In this document: one piece after another, positions 18,944-27,390 of the stretch
How the letters are laid out: every line of letters begins with the position of its first letter
Position numbering within the stretch: the first letter of the stretch is position 1
Origin: Candidatus Latescibacterota bacterium
GTDB taxonomy: Bacteria > Latescibacterota > UBA2968 > GCA-2709665
NCBI GenBank assembly: GCA_965222075.1
Contig: OZ244937.1
Coordinates: forward strand, 128,001 to 192,000
Reading direction: 5' to 3'
Length of the DNA stretch: 64,000 bases
The notes under the pieces: generated by a model
Told to the model about the DNA's origin: nothing
Databases searched by the model: none
What the model saw: the letters and a program-made list of their open reading frames with translations, nothing else
Program-made: the position numbers and the translations under genes

Positions 18944-19696
18944 ATGGAACCCGCAGACGCCCGCACAGAGAGGTCCGGCGAGAGGCGGGCGCCCCGACGC
19001 CCGCCCCCCGGGTCCTGGATTACCGGAAGGGTGGTTTGCGTCAAAAGTCCGGAGGCGGACCTGAAGGCGCAGTACCCGAAAGTTTTCTCCATCTCTATCG
19101 CGATTTCGTGTGTGCTTCATATCGCCGTTGCAGTGGCTTTTCCGGCCTTCCAGTTCCGGACGCCGACCGTTAGAAAGCGTCCGGTTGTCATCCTGATGGA
19201 GGATATTCCGGAAACCCGTCAGATCAAGCGACCGCCCCTTTCCCGACCGGCGGTGCCGATTGAGGTTGAGGGTAAGGATGTGCCCGAGGACGTGGCGACC
19301 GGGTCCGCCGAAGTGGGGTTGGGCCAGATTGCGATCCACCTTACGCCCCCGTCCTCCGCCGTCCTCACCGCAGCTCCGCTGGAGGAAGAGGCCAGGGAGG
19401 AGATCTACAACATCAGGTTTGTAGAGAAGAAGCCCGAGCTGCTCAAACAGGTGAAGCCGGAGTATCCGCAGGCAGCGCGAGAGGCCGGGCTGGAGGGTGT
19501 GGTGCTTGTGGAATTTACCGTGGGAAAGGACGGCAGGGTTAAAGACGCCAGGGTGATGGAAGGGCACGCATGGTTCCGGAAGCCGTCGCTGGAGGCGCTC
19601 TCCGGGTTCCGGTTCAACCCGGGGCGCCAGAACGAGAGGTTTGTTGAGGTGCGGATGTTTATCTTTATGAGGTTTCAACTGAACAGCAGATTTTGA
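18944..19696 (+). CDS. tonB: Energy transducer TonB
   Basis: K.PEADLK..Y, then a single TM helix with S..LH, a Pro-rich linker, and TonB_C PEYPQAAREAGLEGVVLVEFTVGKDGRV...RFNPGRQ. ATG 18944 follows AGAGGA. Confidence 0.85.
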   Translation: MEPADARTERSGERRAPRRPPPGSWITGRVVCVKSPEADLKAQYPKVFSISIAISCVLHIAVAVAFPAFQFRTPTVRKRPVVILMEDIPETRQIKRPPLSRPAVPIEVEGKDVPEDVATGSAEVGLGQIAIHLTPPSSAVLTAAPLEEEAREEIYNIRFVEKKPELLKQVKPEYPQAAREAGLEGVVLVEFTVGKDGRVKDARVMEGHAWFRKPSLEALSGFRFNPGRQNERFVEVRMFIFMRFQLNSRF

Positions 19697-19727
19697 GGCA
19701 GGCACGGCCGGCGAATCTGTAGGAGGA

Positions 19728-20924
19728 ATGGAAATGGAGGAGATACGCATCGGGATTGCGGGCCTGGGCGGCCGCGGGCTGCACTGGATCCGGCTGCTGC
19801 AGAAGGTGCCGGGCTATCGCATTACGGCGGTCTACGACTGGGTCGAGCCGCTGCAGGATCGGGCGCTGGCGGAGATTCCTTACCGGGATGAGGTGAAAGC
19901 GTTTGGCGACTACGAGGATTTTCTGGCCTACCCTGGGATGGATGCGGTGGGGTTGGTGGTACGGCAGCGGGAGGTGGGGGCGATGGCGGCGCAGGCGCTG
20001 GAGGCGGGCAAGCATGTGAATTCCGAGGTGCCAGGGGCGTATACGATGGCGGAGTGCTGGCGGATTGTGACGGATGTGGAGCGGACGGGTCTGGTCTACA
20101 GCCTGGCGGAGCAGACGCGGTTCTGGGGATTCGTGGACGGATGGAAGCGTCTGGTGGACGACGGGCTGCTGGGCAAGATCACCTATGCCGAAGGCCAGTA
20201 CGTGGGCTACTACGGCACGCACCAGTTTTTTCAGGACTACAAGACGGGCAAGCAGTATTCGGTTGAGGAACTGCCCGACCACCCGGAGGCCAAGCCGACT
20301 TTTCCCCACGATACCCCGCCCATCATTGCTGCGTCGTACGATCTCAGCATTCTGTTGAAGGTCCTGGACGACCGGGTGGGGGAGGTGACGGCGATGAGTA
20401 CGAAGAGGCCCAGCTACGCGCATCCGCAGATCAGAAAGCCGGATGTGCAGGTGGCGCTGATGAAGACGGAGAAGGATACGCTGATCCGCATGTTGGACGG
20501 CCACACCCAGCCACGTCCAAAGGGGGACCACCACTGGTGGCAGATGATCGGCACGAAAGGCAGCGTGGAGTGGCGGCGGTCACGCAACGAGAAGCCGAAG
20601 GTGTGGTTTGCGGATACACAGATGAACGACTGGTCGGAGGTGGACTGGCGGTATGAGCGCACGGATGCGCCACCGGAGGCGCAGGGCAGCGGTCACAGCG
20701 ATGCGGATTATTATGTCCACATGCATTTTCGGGATGCGGTGCTGAAGGGCGAGTCGCTGGCGTTTGACGTTTATCGGGCGATGGATACGGTGGCAGCGGC
20801 GGTCCGGGCGATCGATTCGATCCAGGAGGGGAGCCGGTTGATGCGGGTTCCGGACTTTCGTCCGAACAAGGAGCGGGCTGTGGGGCAGATGCCGGCGGAC
20901 CTGGGCGGGGTGGGGCTGCGATGA
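19728..20924 (+). CDS. Gfo/Idh/MocA-family NAD-dependent oxidoreductase (GH109-like motifs)
   Basis: IGIAGLGGRG Rossmann motif; ALEAGKHVNSEVP; GSGHSDADYY. Confidence 0.85.
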   Translation: MEMEEIRIGIAGLGGRGLHWIRLLQKVPGYRITAVYDWVEPLQDRALAEIPYRDEVKAFGDYEDFLAYPGMDAVGLVVRQREVGAMAAQALEAGKHVNSEVPGAYTMAECWRIVTDVERTGLVYSLAEQTRFWGFVDGWKRLVDDGLLGKITYAEGQYVGYYGTHQFFQDYKTGKQYSVEELPDHPEAKPTFPHDTPPIIAASYDLSILLKVLDDRVGEVTAMSTKRPSYAHPQIRKPDVQVALMKTEKDTLIRMLDGHTQPRPKGDHHWWQMIGTKGSVEWRRSRNEKPKVWFADTQMNDWSEVDWRYERTDAPPEAQGSGHSDADYYVHMHFRDAVLKGESLAFDVYRAMDTVAAAVRAIDSIQEGSRLMRVPDFRPNKERAVGQMPADLGGVGLR

Positions 20925-20977
20925 GCGCGATGGGAATTTGGCGCTGAGCAGAGAAAAGGAGAACAGGCGGGGGACTT

Positions 20978-22972
20978 ATGGCCGAAGAAGGGGGGGCCGC
21001 AGCCCAAAGACTACGCCGGGGGGTGACGACCCGCGCGCTCATCTGCGGGCTGGGTCTGGCCGTGGCCGTGAACCTGCTGGCCAACACGATGCGCTATGTG
21101 CAGCGGGGGTCGTACATGGCCATCAGCCTGATTCCGATGGGCGACCTCGTTCTCTTTTTGCTGTTGGTCCTGGTCTGCGCGGTGCTGGCCCGGTGGTTCG
21201 GGCGCCGGTTCGTGCTTGCTCCGGCGGAGTGGATCACGATCTTCAGCATGGGGCTTATCAGCGCCATGGGCCCCACGTATGGCATCAGCGGTTATCTCGT
21301 CAGCCAGATGGTGGCTCCGTACTATTTCGCAACTCCGGAGAACCGGTGGGCGGAGTACCTCCACCCCCACCTGCCCGGCTGGTTGATTTCCACGGACGAG
21401 CGCAGGGCGATCACGCTGTTTTTCGAGGGGCTGCCCAGGGGGGCGTCCATTCCCTGGGAGGCCTGGGGGGGGCCGCTGCTGTGGTGGTTCAGCTTTATTG
21501 CAGCCCTGGGGTTCGCCTGCTTCTGTGTGTCGGTGATCCTCCATCGGCAGTGGGCGGACCACGAGAGGCTGGTGTATCCGGCGCTGACGCCGGTCCTGGA
21601 GATGACGAACCGGGCCGGGAGCGGGGTGCGGGCGCTGCCGGGGTTTATGAGGGGGAAAGCGTTCTGGGCGGGGTTTGCGCTGACCTCGACGGTGTTCTGG
21701 CTGAATATGGTTCACTGGTTCTATCCGGCGTTTCCCAAGGTGATGAATACCCACATGACCTATGTGTGGGATCTCCTGTCGAAACAGTACCCTCCCTTCT
21801 GCATCTACCTGAGCATTTTTGTCATCTGCTTCTCCTATTTCGCCAGCCTGGACGTGCTCTTCAGCATCTGGTTCTTCGATATCGTGTATATGGTCGAGGC
21901 GGGCCTCCTGAATCGTGTGGGGATCGTGGCCACCTCTCCCCACTACGGGGCCGGTCCATATAATGTGACGAGCTACAAGTTTCAGACGGCCGGGGCGTTC
22001 GCCGCGCTGGTGCTCTGGTGGATCTGGATTTCCCGGGGACATCTACGGGAGGTGTTCCGGAAGGCGTACCACCCGGACCGTTCGTCCCTGGACGACAGCC
22101 GGGAGTTCATTTCTTACCGGGCGGCCGCGATCGGTCTGGTTGTTTGCTGTGTGTACATCGCGGCCTGGCTGGAACAGGCGGGGATAGAAGCCGGGATGAT
22201 CGCGGTGCTGATACCAGCCATGTTTATCACTTATGTGGGAGTGGCGAAGGTGATGGCCGATTCGGGGTTGGTCTACATCGATCCGCCGGCCGTGGCCTGG
22301 GACTATGCTCTGTTTGCTCTGGGGGGAGAACGTGCGCTGAACGCCTCCACGAACGCGGGCTTCAGCCTGCTGTCGTTCACGGTCAACCATCCAAGGAGTT
22401 TTGCCCTGTCCATGATCGCCCAGGTCAACCGCCTGGGCGATTTTGTCCCGGAGGGCAAACGCCGGTTTTTCTGGGCGATTTTTGGGGCGTTTGTTGTGGG
22501 GATGGTGGTTTCCACGCTCCACACGATCTGGCTGGCCTATACGATGGGGGGATACAATTTCCAACCCAACTGGTTGATCCTCCACGAGGGCGAATGGAAT
22601 TACGGGATGGCGGTGAACGCGTTGCGGAATCCCAGGCCGATTCTGAGGGTGGAGTACTGGCTCTTCCTGGCCGGAATCGGGGTGATGACGGCCTTGAACC
22701 TGATGCGCTACCGATTCCCCCGGTGGCGGCTGCACCCGGTGGGGTTCGCCCTTTCCGGGACGATTTTCACGCGGCTGGAGAGCATGACGCTCCTGGTCGC
22801 ATGGCTGATCAAGTTTCTGATGATCAAGATCGGCGGGGCGGCGTTCTACCGGAGGTCAATGCCGTTTTTTATCGGGATTCTGACGGGGTACATCGTGGCC
22901 GTGATTGCGGGCACGGTGGTGGATGCCATCTGGTTTCCGTATGCGGGGCACAGGGTGCACAGCTGGCATTAG
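20978..22972 (+). CDS. DUF6785/DUF6784-like polytopic membrane protein, putative transporter (copy 1)
   Basis: 664 aa with many TM helices; YFATPEN.W; QWADHERLVYP; LDVLFSIWFF; W.LHPVG; GG..FYRR..PFF.G. Confidence 0.8.
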   Translation: MAEEGGAAAQRLRRGVTTRALICGLGLAVAVNLLANTMRYVQRGSYMAISLIPMGDLVLFLLLVLVCAVLARWFGRRFVLAPAEWITIFSMGLISAMGPTYGISGYLVSQMVAPYYFATPENRWAEYLHPHLPGWLISTDERRAITLFFEGLPRGASIPWEAWGGPLLWWFSFIAALGFACFCVSVILHRQWADHERLVYPALTPVLEMTNRAGSGVRALPGFMRGKAFWAGFALTSTVFWLNMVHWFYPAFPKVMNTHMTYVWDLLSKQYPPFCIYLSIFVICFSYFASLDVLFSIWFFDIVYMVEAGLLNRVGIVATSPHYGAGPYNVTSYKFQTAGAFAALVLWWIWISRGHLREVFRKAYHPDRSSLDDSREFISYRAAAIGLVVCCVYIAAWLEQAGIEAGMIAVLIPAMFITYVGVAKVMADSGLVYIDPPAVAWDYALFALGGERALNASTNAGFSLLSFTVNHPRSFALSMIAQVNRLGDFVPEGKRRFFWAIFGAFVVGMVVSTLHTIWLAYTMGGYNFQPNWLILHEGEWNYGMAVNALRNPRPILRVEYWLFLAGIGVMTALNLMRYRFPRWRLHPVGFALSGTIFTRLESMTLLVAWLIKFLMIKIGGAAFYRRSMPFFIGILTGYIVAVIAGTVVDAIWFPYAGHRVHSWH

Positions 22973-23001
22973 GCAGGTCAATACTGGAGAGGAGGAGGCG
23001 T

Positions 23002-23937
23002 ATGGCAGAGGGTATTCTGAAGGCTCTGGAGCAGGGGTTCGTGCTGACCGACGGCGGGAATGTGGAGGAACTGAAGCTGCGGGGATATCGCACGCCGGGG
23101 GTTCTGGTGGCGTTTCCGGACGCTGTGCGGCTGGTCCACCAGGATTTCTTCCGGGCGGGCGCGGGGGTGCTTCGAGCCCTGACCGGGCTGTGCACACGCA
23201 CCGGCCTGGAAGAGCGGGGGGAGGTGGGATGGGGCAACCGGATCGAGGCGTTGAACCGGACGGCGGTGGCACTGGCGAAAACGGTGGCCGGTGACGAGGC
23301 GCTGGTGGCCGGGACCGTGGGACCGACGGGGGCTTTTCAGGCCGGCGACGGGGAAGCGGCAGACCGGGCGCGGGCGGAGTGGGAGGAGCAGGTGGACGTA
23401 CTGGCCGATGCGGGCGTGGACCTGCTGGTGTGCGAGTCGTTCGAGCGGCTGGACGAGGCGCGGCTTGCGCTGGCCTGCTGCAAAAAGACCTCGCTGCCGG
23501 TGGTGGTTACGATGGATCTCACCCTGCCCGAGGGCCGATTGAACAAGCCGGTGCTCCGGGAGGACGAGGTGACCCCGGATGGGGCGGCTGCTGCCGAGTG
23601 CGCCCGTGCGCTGGCGAGCGATGGGGCCGATGTGGTGGGGGCGAGCGGCAAACGGGAACCGGAGGACCTGTGGCCTGTTGTGCTGGAGATGCGGGAGGCG
23701 GTGGACACACCGATTGCCTTTCTGCCGAACGGGTACCGGACGAACCGGCCCAACTGGGAGCGAATGCGGGAGGCGATGCACGTTTACGGGATAGAACTGG
23801 GCCAGTATGCGCTGAAGGCGAAGGCGCACGGGATGTGTTTCCTCGGCGGGTCCGACGGGGTCGTGGTGCGGCTGCTTCGCTCGATGGCCCAGGCGCTGGA
23901 CCGCGAGCGGGCGCATATTGAGCTGCGGCCGAGGTGA
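23002..23937 (+). CDS. Homocysteine S-methyltransferase-family protein lacking the Zn-binding cysteines
   Basis: ATG 23002 after AGGAGGAGG; LTDGG, HQDFFRAGA, VAGTVGP, GVDLLVCESF. The Cys motifs are replaced by VVGASG and FLGGSDG. Confidence 0.85.
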   Translation: MAEGILKALEQGFVLTDGGNVEELKLRGYRTPGVLVAFPDAVRLVHQDFFRAGAGVLRALTGLCTRTGLEERGEVGWGNRIEALNRTAVALAKTVAGDEALVAGTVGPTGAFQAGDGEAADRARAEWEEQVDVLADAGVDLLVCESFERLDEARLALACCKKTSLPVVVTMDLTLPEGRLNKPVLREDEVTPDGAAAAECARALASDGADVVGASGKREPEDLWPVVLEMREAVDTPIAFLPNGYRTNRPNWERMREAMHVYGIELGQYALKAKAHGMCFLGGSDGVVVRLLRSMAQALDRERAHIELRPR

Positions 23938-23983
23938 GGGTCAGGGATCAGGGGACAGTGTCCGTTGAACAGGAGGACTGAGG

Positions 23984-24880
23984 ATGGGGAAGGATATTTT
24001 GAAGATGCTGGAGGAGGAGGTTGTTTTGTGCGATGGGGGGATGATTATTGAGGCGAGGTGGCGGGGATACAATACGCCCGATATGATTCTGGAAGATCCG
24101 GATGCGCTGCGGCAGATCCATCAGGATTTTTTTCGGGCCGGCTCACAGGTGCTTCAGGCCCAGACCTGGTGGACCAGCCGCACGCAGCTGGACCGCAAAC
24201 ACAATTGGGGCGATCGGCTGGAGGAGATTACCCACACGGCCATCCAGCTGGCAAAGGAGGCGTCGGACGGGGAGGCGCTGGTGGCCGGGTGTGTGAACCA
24301 GACGGCCGCGGGGTCGTGGGAGGGGCCCTTTATTTACAGCCCTGACAATGCCTATGCGCGCGACCGGGCATGCGCGGAGTGGGACGAGCATATTGCTTCG
24401 ATGGTGGACGCGGGGGCAGACCTGCTGGTGCCGGAGACGTTTGCCCGGCTGGACGAGGCGCGGCTGTGTCTGTCGCGCTGCAAGAAGACGGATGTGCCGA
24501 CGATGGTGCTGATGGGAGCGAGTACGAAAACACGGGATGGGGCGACGCCTGCGGAGTGCGCGAAGGTGCTGGCGGACGATGGCGCGGATATCGTGGGTCT
24601 GGTCTGCAGCGGCGATTCCATGAATATGTGGCCTGGTGTTCTGGCGATGCGGGAGGCGGTGGATATCCCGATCGCGTACCAGCCGCAGGGCTACCGGAAC
24701 GCGGGTCCGAACCAGTCGGTGATCCGGGAGTCGATGATTGTTTCCGGGACCGAGATGGGCGAGTATGCGTTGAAGGCGAAGGCGGAGGGGATCAACTTTA
24801 TCGGCGCGTGCTGCGGGGCGGGTCCTTCGCATATTCGAGCGATGGCGCAGGCGCTGGGATGCGAGCGGTATCCGGTTTGA
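23984..24880 (+). CDS. Homocysteine S-methyltransferase-family protein (Zn ligands intact)
   Basis: LCDGG, HQDFFRAGS, GADLLVPETF, IVGLVCS, FIGACCG, P.HIRAMA. Confidence 0.88.
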   Translation: MGKDILKMLEEEVVLCDGGMIIEARWRGYNTPDMILEDPDALRQIHQDFFRAGSQVLQAQTWWTSRTQLDRKHNWGDRLEEITHTAIQLAKEASDGEALVAGCVNQTAAGSWEGPFIYSPDNAYARDRACAEWDEHIASMVDAGADLLVPETFARLDEARLCLSRCKKTDVPTMVLMGASTKTRDGATPAECAKVLADDGADIVGLVCSGDSMNMWPGVLAMREAVDIPIAYQPQGYRNAGPNQSVIRESMIVSGTEMGEYALKAKAEGINFIGACCGAGPSHIRAMAQALGCERYPV

Positions 24881-24897
24881 ACGGGGGAGGCTGGAGC

Positions 24898-26451
24898 ATG
24901 GCTTATGACGTGGATGTGGCAATTGTTGGCGCGGGGCATAACGGGCTGGTGGCCGCGACCTATCTGGCCCGATCCGGGCTGCGGGTGGCGGTTTTCGAGC
25001 GCCGTCCGTTCGTGGGCGGAGGGGCGATCTCTGAAGAGCTGTGGCCCGGGTTCCGGTTTTCGACCTGTGCGCACGCGGCGCACGCCATTCACCCAAAAAT
25101 CATCCGGGATCTGGATCTGTACAATCGGGGGTTCGAGGTGCTCCCGCGAAGGCCAAACATTGTGATTAACGTGGAGGGGACCTACTGGGCTCCCGCCGAG
25201 TACGGGTCTCCCCGAAACCTGACGAAAAAGTTGACCGATGCAGAAGGGGAGGGAGAGCGGAAGTACTCCGAATTCAGGCAGAGCCTGATGGGGATCTTTT
25301 CGTCCTACCGGTTGGGACCCCCACCGACGCTGGAGGAAGTGCGCGCGAAGGTGGCGGGGACTCCGGCAGCGCAGGTGCTGGAGACGGCACTGAAGACACG
25401 GATCCGGGATATCCAGGACGAGTTGCTTCCCTCGCCGAGGCTGAGGGACAAACACGCGACCGAGTGCGCCTCCTTCGGCCGGAACCTGCTGGCCCTGGCG
25501 ATCGCCTTCTCCGCGATCAACCTGCCGGATGAAGAAACCGGCGAGCCGCCGCCGAACGGGTACATCCGTGGGGGAACAGGGACCTTCAGCCGGACGCTTC
25601 AGGCGGCGGCGGAGGAAGCCGGAACCGAGATCCTCGTGAACCACGAGGTTGAGTCGCTGATCGTGGAGGGGGGGCGGGTGCTGGGTGTGAGGTTCACAGG
25701 CGGGGAACAGGTCCGTGCTCGTGTGACGGTGTCCAACCTGGACCCCAAGCAGACGTTTTTGCGGCTGATCGTTCCGGAGCACCTACCTTCGGGTTTCCTG
25801 CTGCGGGTTCGAGAGCTGGTGACCCACGTCAGCGCTTTCAAGCTGCTGGCCGTGATCTCGGAGTTGCCGCGCTGGAAGGACTGGGATGGCGACCCGGATT
25901 TGCCGAGCAAGGGAGCGGTGGGGCTGTGGCGGTCCCGGGCGTCGGTGGAAGCGGCGTTCGACGACCTGGACGGGGGGCAACCTACCCGCGTCCCTCTGGT
26001 GAATTTCTCGGTGCCTTCCGCGGTGGACCCAAGCCTGACACAGCCGGGATACCACACCGCCTCCCTCTGGGTCTACCCCGGAGCTGCCAGGCTGCGCCGG
26101 GGGACGTGGGATCAAGTGCGGGAACAGACGGCGGAGCGGATCATCGACAATATCACCCGGTTTGCACCTAATTTCCGAGGATCAATTGTACACTACCGGC
26201 TGCGCACGCCGCAGGATCTGGAACGAGAAAACGGGTTCACAGATGGGTGCATCTGGCACATTCAGCATACGCCCGAGCAGCTGTTCTGGAATCGGCCGCT
26301 GCCGGAGCTGGCACACTACCGGACACCCTTGAAGGGGCTCTATCTGAGCGGGTGCGGGCAGCATCCCGGCGGGGAGCTCAGCGGACTGCCGGGCCACAAC
26401 GCGGCCCAGGAGGTCCTCAAGGACCTGGGTGGAAACGGAAGATTGTCGTAA
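24898..26451 (+). CDS. Phytoene dehydrogenase-like FAD-dependent oxidoreductase
   Basis: MAYDVDVAIVGAGHNGLVAATYLARSG..V.VFERR..VGG; C-terminal YRTPLKGLYLSG...HPGG...G.PGHNAA. Start ATG 24898. Confidence 0.88.
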   Translation: MAYDVDVAIVGAGHNGLVAATYLARSGLRVAVFERRPFVGGGAISEELWPGFRFSTCAHAAHAIHPKIIRDLDLYNRGFEVLPRRPNIVINVEGTYWAPAEYGSPRNLTKKLTDAEGEGERKYSEFRQSLMGIFSSYRLGPPPTLEEVRAKVAGTPAAQVLETALKTRIRDIQDELLPSPRLRDKHATECASFGRNLLALAIAFSAINLPDEETGEPPPNGYIRGGTGTFSRTLQAAAEEAGTEILVNHEVESLIVEGGRVLGVRFTGGEQVRARVTVSNLDPKQTFLRLIVPEHLPSGFLLRVRELVTHVSAFKLLAVISELPRWKDWDGDPDLPSKGAVGLWRSRASVEAAFDDLDGGQPTRVPLVNFSVPSAVDPSLTQPGYHTASLWVYPGAARLRRGTWDQVREQTAERIIDNITRFAPNFRGSIVHYRLRTPQDLERENGFTDGCIWHIQHTPEQLFWNRPLPELAHYRTPLKGLYLSGCGQHPGGELSGLPGHNAAQEVLKDLGGNGRLS

Positions 26452-26508
26452 TGCATGAAAGCAGATGAGACCACCGATACTCAACCAGGAGGAGAGGAGA
26501 GACGGAAT

Positions 26509-27339
26509 ATGAACGAGTACGAAAAGTACCTTTTTGATCTGAACGGGTACCTGCTCCTGGAGGATGTGCTGAGCCCGGAAGAGGTGGCCGCCTGCAACGA
26601 GGCCATCGACCACAACCTGGAGCGCCTGGAGCAGCGTGAGGTTCGGTCCGAGAAATGGTCGGACACGCTAAAGGGAAAGGGCCGGAAGGATCTCCGGGGG
26701 ATGCTCACCTGGCCCCAGCCCTGGTGCCAGCCCTTCCGGGACCTCCTGGTCCACCCCAGAATCCTCCCCTGCCTCCTCGAACTCCTTGGCGACGGGTTCC
26801 GGCTGGACCACATCTACGGCATTGTCATGAGCAAAGGCACAGAGGGCCTTGCGCTCCACGGAGGCGGTGCCAGGCGGGACAACCTCATCAATTTCTACGA
26901 ATTCCTCCACGGCCGGATGATGAGCGCGCTCACCGTGGTCTCCTGGGCGCTCACCGACTGCGGCCCCGAAGACGGCGGGTTCATCTGCATCCCGGCCAGC
27001 CACAAGTCCAACTATCCCCTGCCGCCCGACGCCGCCGTCCTGGGCAACGATCTCGGCGTCGTCAAGCAGGTCCAGATGGCGGCCGGATCGGTCGTCATCT
27101 TCACCGAGGCCCTCGCCCACGGCACCCTGCCCTGGAACGCCGACCACGAACGCCGGTCCGCCCTCTACAAGTACTCGCCCGGTTCCATCAGCTACGCCCC
27201 CCCCGACAGCGACTTCACACACACCGAGGACTACCTCCCCCCCGGAATCCGCGAGGTTTGGGACGAACTGACTCCTGAACAACAGGCCGTGCTGGAACCC
27301 CCCTACCACCCCAACCGGCCCAGTATTCCGGTGCGCTGA
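26509..27339 (+). CDS. Phytanoyl-CoA dioxygenase (PhyH)-like Fe(II)/2OG enzyme, RLDH...HxG subfamily (copy 1)
   Basis: YLFDLNGYL; FRLDHIYG; LHGG; GGFICIPASHK; AGSVVIFTEALAHGTLPW; RRSALYKY. Start 26509 chosen by paralogue alignment and RBS. Confidence 0.85.
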   Translation: MNEYEKYLFDLNGYLLLEDVLSPEEVAACNEAIDHNLERLEQREVRSEKWSDTLKGKGRKDLRGMLTWPQPWCQPFRDLLVHPRILPCLLELLGDGFRLDHIYGIVMSKGTEGLALHGGGARRDNLINFYEFLHGRMMSALTVVSWALTDCGPEDGGFICIPASHKSNYPLPPDAAVLGNDLGVVKQVQMAAGSVVIFTEALAHGTLPWNADHERRSALYKYSPGSISYAPPDSDFTHTEDYLPPGIREVWDELTPEQQAVLEPPYHPNRPSIPVR

Positions 27340-27390
27340 CCCCCTGCCACAGGGGTAAGACCACCCAACACGAAGACGTTAGGAAAGGCT

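Noticed and set aside
22018-23001. N-terminal extensions in the ORF track (22018, also 24370, 49825, 60434, 32995)
   Set aside because: They overlap real upstream genes or intergenic DNA; RBS and paralogue alignment support downstream starts.
24898-26451. Carotenoid biosynthesis (crtI)
   Set aside because: No other crt genes; the family includes many non-carotenoid oxidoreductases.
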